IMG/VR virus record: IMGVR_UViG_3300028805_000098
Span: 54,585-74,584 of that record
DNA length: 20,000 bases
DNA from: an uncultured virus (IMG/VR IMGVR_UViG_3300028805_000098)
Lineage: Duplodnaviria > Heunggongvirae > Uroviricota > Caudoviricetes
Strand: one strand, 5' to 3'
Part shown: one piece after another, positions 13,997 through 20,000 of the stretch
Layout of the letters: every line of letters starts with the position of its first letter
How positions within the stretch are numbered: the stretch's first letter is position 1
Notes under the pieces: model-generated
Database searches by the model: none
Told to the model about the DNA's origin: nothing
Seen by the model: the letters and a program-made list of their open reading frames with translations, nothing else
Translations under genes and position numbers: made by a program

Positions 13997-15433
13997 ATGG
14001 TAAAAGAGCTGTACGAAAAAGAAGTCGCTGCGATGTCTCATAAACTCTATCGTTACCGTATCTCAAAATTTGAGTTATTGGCACCGGAACTTGAAGGACC
14101 TGTTGATATGGTCCCAGGTTCAATAAGCGAGATGTATATCGGCAAAGATTACGACAATAATTTGTACCCGATGCTTATGATCCATTTCGTCGTCAATCCA
14201 AAAGTCAAAGAATTCATTGAAGTTCGTCGAAATGAGGTCAAATTCCATATCGCTCTCAGATGTGAAGGTTATGACGTGTCAGGTTCCGGTTCTCGTACTG
14301 AACCCGTCAGTAGCGAAACAGTATTCGACACGATTTTCATTCCGGTAATCGCAAGCAACGTTCCGTTTATGGATGCGGCTATTTACAATATGACCGTGAA
14401 TGATTTACAGAATATTGCTGCCGCTGGTGGAAGCGTTAATGATCTTGGCGGTAAAAATATGCCGGCAGACGTGAGAGAACGTGTAAGCTACTATTTCTAC
14501 GTCGAGAGAGATTTGGTCAACAGCAAGAACGTAGTTAACAAAGTTTATTCAAATACAGATATTCCTACAATCTGTGCGGATATGTTATCTAAGAACGGAT
14601 TCGATGCAATACTCATGAGTCCGTCAGATAACAAAGATCCGATAGACCAATGCATTATTCAACCTCAAAACCTGTTGAATTTATTCCAGTATCTTTCTGA
14701 TATATACGGAATGCATCAAACTGGTACGTTAACTTTTTTCGATTACCGCTGTGTATATATCATGAATAAGACTGGACATCCAGACTGTGTTGAAGAAGGT
14801 GAGTACCCGACTACTATATTCACTGTCAATAAAACGAAACTGTCAGAAAGTTGGCTGTCTGGTACTACAACCTGTGATGAACGAAAAGAGTATTACATTT
14901 TCCCTGACCCACATCGTGTTACAATGCATAATCCTGCGGCAATCAATGACCACATAATGGGGAATAACTTGACCGCATTAAATGCAAAGACCAACGCTCC
15001 AACTCATATTGAAGGGACTGGAGAGCAACGTGGTAAAGGAAACACGCGAGTCGATAACAACGCTAACGCGAATCCTTATATGCAGACTCAATACGCTAAC
15101 GATATACAAGAAGGAAACATCACGGTCCGGATGACTGTGTTTGATCCATATATGTGGGCGCTAACCCCCAATAAGGAATTTATCCTACATTATCTCGATT
15201 CCAACATCGATCCAAATTACAGCGGGTATTACAGAATAAGAAAAACGGATTTCATCTTCAATCGCAACGGCGAGCAGTTGACATTAACAGCAAATATCTA
15301 TATGGTTAAGAAAGAACCTATAGACGACGCAATCAAACGCGCGATTGAAACTCAAGTTGTTCCGTCACCGTTATTGGTTCAATCCACATCGGGTGGAGTT
15401 ACTGGTGGGAAGGGGCTTCCCGGAGTTGGTTAA
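13997..15433 (+). CDS. Putative virion tail/baseplate-hub-like protein
   Basis: 478-aa ORF with AAGGAGG RBS and AACT-N6-TAA motif upstream; layout (...LTPNKEF...YSGYYRIRKTDFIF) is reminiscent of gp27/hub-like proteins (tentative). Confidence 0.55.
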   Translation: MVKELYEKEVAAMSHKLYRYRISKFELLAPELEGPVDMVPGSISEMYIGKDYDNNLYPMLMIHFVVNPKVKEFIEVRRNEVKFHIALRCEGYDVSGSGSRTEPVSSETVFDTIFIPVIASNVPFMDAAIYNMTVNDLQNIAAAGGSVNDLGGKNMPADVRERVSYYFYVERDLVNSKNVVNKVYSNTDIPTICADMLSKNGFDAILMSPSDNKDPIDQCIIQPQNLLNLFQYLSDIYGMHQTGTLTFFDYRCVYIMNKTGHPDCVEEGEYPTTIFTVNKTKLSESWLSGTTTCDERKEYYIFPDPHRVTMHNPAAINDHIMGNNLTALNAKTNAPTHIEGTGEQRGKGNTRVDNNANANPYMQTQYANDIQEGNITVRMTVFDPYMWALTPNKEFILHYLDSNIDPNYSGYYRIRKTDFIFNRNGEQLTLTANIYMVKKEPIDDAIKRAIETQVVPSPLLVQSTSGGVTGGKGLPGVG

Positions 15434-15443
15434 AAACGGGGTC

Positions 15444-15478
15444 AAAGAGAAGAATCTTGGATTTAGATTCTTCTCTTT
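15444..15478. terminator. Bidirectional terminator between convergent genes
   Basis: AAAGAGAAGAATCT-tggattt-AGATTCTTCTCTTT. Confidence 0.85.
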
Positions 15479-15483
15479 AATCA

Positions 15484-18162
15484 TCATTTTTTTGCTTTAT
15501 CGGGTTTCTCGGCTTTATCTGCAGCAATGTGAGCCAAAGCAACTACATTACGTAATGTTTTGATATATGACACGAAACGCTCTTCAGCTATTGTGAGCAT
15601 TGCTGTAGCAACCTTAACTTTAACCTGATAATAGTATTTAGCAGCAAGAGCTCTAGAAATTTTATCGTCTTTAGCTTTCTTATCATCAGCTTCTTTTTTC
15701 TCACGAGCTTTTCTTTCCTCTTCAGTCTCAGGTTTTGTTTCTTTCTTATCATCATTAGCAACAGTTGCACCAGCAGCTTTAGCAGCGTCTTGTCCTTCTT
15801 TCTTCTCCTTATTAGCCTTTTCTTTATTCGCATCACCTTCTGCTTCTTTGAGCACAAGGAATTTAGCATTACCTTTAGAATCAATAAACGGTAACCAAGC
15901 CAGACCAGTTTCTTCCAATAATGCTTGTTCAGAAAGAACGTAAGAATATGACGCTTCTTTTGATGCTTCGTAAGCTTTATCCATCTTTTCCATTTCTTCG
16001 GTCATTTTATCAATCTGATCTTTTATGTGATGGCATGTATCAGTATATTCTTTACACCATTCCACCATCATTGTAACTTGCTTCTTAACATCTGCACCAT
16101 TTGAATACGTTTCAACTGTATTCGAACCACCTCGGAAATATATCTTCGTGCCTTCAGTAATATCTTTCGTGGCAGATAATTTGCAAATTCCGGGGTACAT
16201 CAATTCGGCAACTTCTCCAAGTGTTTTGAATTTCTCAGTGCCAAGTCTTGCATCATCTGGTGACACGCTGGTTCTAGGTATATCGTACTTATTTTGTTTA
16301 TGATATGCAAGCATCGTAATCTTAATATTATCATATGCTTCAGCATTAACTTCATTAAGTTTGCCCGAGTATTTATCAAACCATTCTTGATTAGAGTTAA
16401 AAAGATTAGATGCTTTATCCATAAACTTTGCAATGATAGTGTGGATGAACTCAATTATCTTGGAGAATGTGGATTCTTTTGCATCTTGTCCTGATTTCTC
16501 CTTCACTTCTACATCTTCCATGAGAATGTAGCCGCGACGATAACCTTCGGCCAAAACATCAATTTCATCGAGATATTCACGGAAATGAGCATCCCATTTA
16601 GCAACTTCAATCTCATGCATCGCTTCCATAGCTTGAATCGAATAGTCGTCGACATCTCCAACATGAATTTTAGGAAGATTTTCCATAGCAGGAATAATTC
16701 CGACTGATTCTTGAAGTTTCATCTTCTTTTTATGCTTAGCATAAACCCAAATGTAATTCACAAGAATCCCTTTATTGAAAAAACTCGGTTTGGGTATACT
16801 ATACACAAAATCTTTTGATTTGGAATTGGCAAGTCTGACAGCATTTTTAGCATCTTTCTCTGCATCTCCACGACCTGCAGCCTTGAAAATAGCAACACAA
16901 TTTTCGCCACCATATTGTATTTCTGACTTAAAAGATGTATTCGTTGTTTTAACTATAGCCTTGAGTTCATTGAACGCTTTTATTCTCTCATGTGTCGATA
17001 ATTCTTCACCTTTAAATGCGTTCAAACCATATTCAGTCATCCAGTCAGTATAACCATCTTGAATTATCGATACTGACTCTTTAGAAGATTTAACACTATC
17101 TGTCTCTCTTTCATTAAATGGACTGATCGCTTTTCTAATAACTGATGTATAGAAACTGATGGCTTCTTTTATGGCTTCGATTTTTGTAGTATATGCTTTC
17201 GTATACATACCAGCTATCTCTCTACACATCCTATAGCAGAAGTTGTAATAAGCAGTGAGTTTTTTGTAATACTCTGTGGAATATCCTTCTTCATCCGATT
17301 CATCCGCTGTAAAATCGCCTTTTTTGAGATCTGTCGATAACTTATAATGCTTTATGCGTTTATCATCAGAATCGACATATTCATATTTGGGTAGACTATA
17401 GAAGAATTTTTCCATGTCATCTAAGACACTCTGTACGTTATAACCATCTTCTTTAACATCCGGTAACATCGCTTTGCATCTTTTAAATTCATCGATAAAA
17501 CTATTCACTGTTCCAGAATTGACTTTGATGTTGCTTGTGGAAGTTTTTCCATTGCGAAATCGTTTATTCATTTCATCAATAAATTTCTCCGGCCTAATAA
17601 ATCCAGACGTTTTTCCACATAGTGTGCTACGAAGTTTCCCTAATGACTCTTTACCCATTTCTTTGGAAATCATTGTTTGAATATCACTATACTCCTTGCT
17701 GTTGATAGTTTTGATATTCTTGTTATATTGATTAATGATATTCGTTATTCCCGAACTGTCTATGGGTTGACTGTCAATAGTATATGTATATCCATTAACC
17801 TCAAACTCCTTGAAGTTTTGAATATTTTCTTTGTATCTATCGATGAATTTCTCGAAATCTGTCACATATGACATAAGGTAGTAAAACGTATTCTTGATAA
17901 ATGCAGCGATTTTCTTAATGATCGTTTTGAAAAACTCACAGGCTGATTTTAACATATCTCCTAAACCTTCAAGAGCAATTTCCATATCGTTACATGATAC
18001 CGCATGATATAATGCACTCATTGATTCAGCCATTGTTCTATACGAATCATCTTCAGTGTTATCAATAAACAAATTGATTGTCGCTATACCACCAGAAGGT
18101 TCAGCAACATTAAACACGGATGAGTTTATAATTGAAGGTTCTGTGTTTTTGAATTTAAACAT
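15484..18162 (-). CDS. Large putative internal head/virion protein with two paralogous helical modules
   Basis: AAGGAGG RBS before MFKFKN (18162); many xxE motifs (ALEG, AMEN, AMEA, AKES) followed by amphipathic helices. Confidence 0.7.
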   Translation of the reverse strand: MFKFKNTEPSIINSSVFNVAEPSGGIATINLFIDNTEDDSYRTMAESMSALYHAVSCNDMEIALEGLGDMLKSACEFFKTIIKKIAAFIKNTFYYLMSYVTDFEKFIDRYKENIQNFKEFEVNGYTYTIDSQPIDSSGITNIINQYNKNIKTINSKEYSDIQTMISKEMGKESLGKLRSTLCGKTSGFIRPEKFIDEMNKRFRNGKTSTSNIKVNSGTVNSFIDEFKRCKAMLPDVKEDGYNVQSVLDDMEKFFYSLPKYEYVDSDDKRIKHYKLSTDLKKGDFTADESDEEGYSTEYYKKLTAYYNFCYRMCREIAGMYTKAYTTKIEAIKEAISFYTSVIRKAISPFNERETDSVKSSKESVSIIQDGYTDWMTEYGLNAFKGEELSTHERIKAFNELKAIVKTTNTSFKSEIQYGGENCVAIFKAAGRGDAEKDAKNAVRLANSKSKDFVYSIPKPSFFNKGILVNYIWVYAKHKKKMKLQESVGIIPAMENLPKIHVGDVDDYSIQAMEAMHEIEVAKWDAHFREYLDEIDVLAEGYRRGYILMEDVEVKEKSGQDAKESTFSKIIEFIHTIIAKFMDKASNLFNSNQEWFDKYSGKLNEVNAEAYDNIKITMLAYHKQNKYDIPRTSVSPDDARLGTEKFKTLGEVAELMYPGICKLSATKDITEGTKIYFRGGSNTVETYSNGADVKKQVTMMVEWCKEYTDTCHHIKDQIDKMTEEMEKMDKAYEASKEASYSYVLSEQALLEETGLAWLPFIDSKGNAKFLVLKEAEGDANKEKANKEKKEGQDAAKAAGATVANDDKKETKPETEEERKAREKKEADDKKAKDDKISRALAAKYYYQVKVKVATAMLTIAEERFVSYIKTLRNVVALAHIAADKAEKPDKAKK

Positions 18163-18189
18163 TCCTATTCCTCCTTTCTTTAACGTCAC

Positions 18190-18223
18190 AAAGGACACAC
18201 AGTACATTATCTGTGTGTCCTTT
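18190..18223. terminator. Hairpin containing an embedded minus-strand GACA-N6-TAA motif (18207-18219)
   Basis: AAAGGACACACAG-tacattat-CTGTGTGTCCTTT. Confidence 0.7.
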
Positions 18224-18246
18224 TATTCACTGCGTCGTTAAGTGGT

Positions 18247-19437
18247 TTACCATCCTCTGACCCATGTTTCCATCAATGAAACATTATTTTTGGTATGACG
18301 ATAACCGCTTCCAGATTCTTTTACACTATAACGCACGAACTGCCCCAAAATGCTACGGCATTCATCCACGATTTCTTGATACATCTCTTTCGTTATTGAG
18401 GCAGCCGCCGTTTGATATGACAAAGCGTATTTGGCGACAGACGCGGCTCCGTTTACACCTCTTCTATATGCATCAACATCATACTGTTCTTTATTAACGT
18501 TATCGATCAAGTTCGATACTTTTTCAGCATACGAATCTGCGTCTTCGGAAATAGCATTCGCATTTTCTTCTATTTCACTAATAATGGTCTTTTCATCTTC
18601 AACCCATCGAATCATTTCATCACGGGAAAAAGTGTTTTTTGAACCAAAACCTTTACAAGATTTCTTTTCACCATTTGTGATAGCTTTCTTAAGTGCTGTT
18701 TTGAATTTAGAGATCGTTGTTGTCCCAGTGGCACTTTCGCCTTTCAAACTTTTAAACATTCGTGCGTCGATAGATTTTTTCAGTTTTTTGACTTCATCGT
18801 CGGTACCACCCCAAGCGGCGTCGTCGCTGTCTCCAGATTCTCGAACGATGCGCCAACTTTCCTCTGCTTGTGTAGCAGCGTTTCCACCTGTAGCAGCGTT
18901 TCCACCTGTAGCAGCGTTTCCACCTGTAGCAGCGTTTCCACCTGCCTTTTTAGCAATTTTTTCCACAAGTTTATCGAAATCGATCGAATCACTAAAAGTG
19001 TTACTGTCGTCTCTAACTTGCTTCATAGGGTGGAGATTCCAAGCATGAGCTTCAAACTCAAAATCTTTGTCTTCTTTGCCTTTAATGTATTCTTTATATT
19101 TCTTGATGAAACTCGCATTGCTAGAGAACATAGCACGGAAAAACTTGACAACGGAATTAAACCACGATTTTATCTTTTTTCCGATGGAGATAAAAAAATC
19201 TTTGATTTTCTTCCAAGCACTAGCAATGACGCCTTCGTACATAACAACTTTCTGAGTTGCACTGTGTTTAGTGTCCATAATCCAGTTTTCGTACATATTT
19301 GCCATCATAACTTCGGAATCACCAAAATAAATTTCCAGATCACAGAAAGATTCGTGCATTGCGAAAGCGAGACCGTCATGCGGAACATCAAATGTATTAC
19401 CAGAACCAATAGGTCTAGCGTTTCCAAAAAATCTCAT
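18247..19437 (-). CDS. Putative internal head/virion protein (paralog)
   Basis: AAGGAGG RBS before MRFFGN; MYEG followed by IASAWKKIKDFFISIGKKIKSWF...FIKKYKE. Confidence 0.7.
   Translation of the reverse strand: MRFFGNARPIGSGNTFDVPHDGLAFAMHESFCDLEIYFGDSEVMMANMYENWIMDTKHSATQKVVMYEGVIASAWKKIKDFFISIGKKIKSWFNSVVKFFRAMFSSNASFIKKYKEYIKGKEDKDFEFEAHAWNLHPMKQVRDDSNTFSDSIDFDKLVEKIAKKAGGNAATGGNAATGGNAATGGNAATQAEESWRIVRESGDSDDAAWGGTDDEVKKLKKSIDARMFKSLKGESATGTTTISKFKTALKKAITNGEKKSCKGFGSKNTFSRDEMIRWVEDEKTIISEIEENANAISEDADSYAEKVSNLIDNVNKEQYDVDAYRRGVNGAASVAKYALSYQTAAASITKEMYQEIVDECRSILGQFVRYSVKESGSGYRHTKNNVSLMETWVRGW
18871..18942. repeat. In-frame tandem repeat, 4 x 18 bp (GGNAAT)
   Basis: Four perfect copies of TGTAGCAGCGTTTCCACC. 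Confidence 0.97.
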
Positions 19438-19455
19438 TACAATTCCTCCTTTCAT

Positions 19456-20000
19456 TTAGTCTTCAGGTTCAGTATAGTGCAGTGCAGCTGAGAAACATGA
19501 TTTATACTGAGAGGCACGGGCTTTAATACAATCCTTGTATACGTCAAAATACGTCATGTAAGCATCTTTAGCGATTGTAAACACTTTGATTCTATTAGAC
19601 GCACCTGTCTTGTTATTCTCGTCTTCAATATCTTTAGACTTGATCAAATCGATTTCATCGTCAAATTCAGACAATAAAGTGTCTTTGGCTTCTTCAATGT
19701 TGTCAAGCGTCTCTTTATAATCTTCAAGAGCTTTGATTATTTTAGACATGTCAGGGGACTTGGTTTCTTTCGGCTCTTCACGATTACCCTGTAATTTTTT
19801 TCTCAAGGCCTTCCTGAAAGACTCCGTGCTTTTCGAGTTTGAATTACCTACAAGGAACGCGTAAATTTCGAGCATAATATTTTTCTTCTGTGTAGACGTG
19901 ATGCTCTCAGCTTTGGGACGTGCATTAGTAGAGCCGCTGTCACCACCGCCGCCGTCACCGCTGTCACCACCGCCGCCGGCACCGCTGTCACCACCGCCGC
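19456..20000 (-). CDS. 3' part of another putative internal head protein paralog (begins beyond the window)
   Basis: Frame is open from 19998 (GGGDSGAGGGGDSGD...) through the listed ORF; C-terminal helix resembles those of the neighbours. Confidence 0.75.
   Translation of the reverse strand, partial: GGGDSGAGGGGDSGDGGGGDSGSTNARPKAESITSTQKKNIMLEIYAFLVGNSNSKSTESFRKALRKKLQGNREEPKETKSPDMSKIIKALEDYKETLDNIEEAKDTLLSEFDDEIDLIKSKDIEDENNKTGASNRIKVFTIAKDAYMTYFDVYKDCIKARASQYKSCFSAALHYTEPED
19934..20000. repeat. In-frame tandem repeat, 24-bp unit (GGGGDSG[D/A]), at least 2.8 copies
   Basis: CCGCTGTCACCACCGCCGCCG(T/G)CA repeated up to the window edge. Confidence 0.92.

Noticed and set aside
369..19491. 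Overlapping shadow ORFs (e.g. 369-950 -, 11162-12073 -, 18431-19048 +, 18868-19491 +, 4278-4502 -, 13402-13593 -)
   Set aside because: They are antisense or off-frame to better-supported genes with RBSs; their shared C-termini just reflect the repeated leader or terminators.
18871..20000. CRISPR array
   Set aside because: The repeats are head-to-tail with no spacers and lie in frame within CDSs.

Overview
This window looks like part of a jumbo phage genome of the AR9/PBS1/phiKZ-like type, probably infecting an anaerobic Bacillota host (inferred from the class III RNR, strong AGGAGG RBSs and the amidase style). A backbone of AT-rich genes encodes an amidase, NrdD, an SH3-glucosaminidase, a degenerate 5'-3' exonuclease, putative virion proteins and paralogous internal-head-like proteins. 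Most backbone genes sit behind a RAC(A/T)-N6-TAA late-promoter-like motif. Unrelated small + strand ORFs are interspersed as self-contained expression cassettes. They share a ~120-bp leader (GACAT-N16-TATATATTAT promoter plus a structured 5' UTR with an SD-sequestering hairpin; 4 copies), and two of them also share a covarying, bistable 3' hairpin. Other notable points: two candidate structured small RNAs (4007-4143; 7335-7550, with micro-ORFs), an NrdD lacking its glycyl-radical C-terminus, and a duplication scar containing an amidase fragment. Functional calls come from motifs read by eye; no database search was run.
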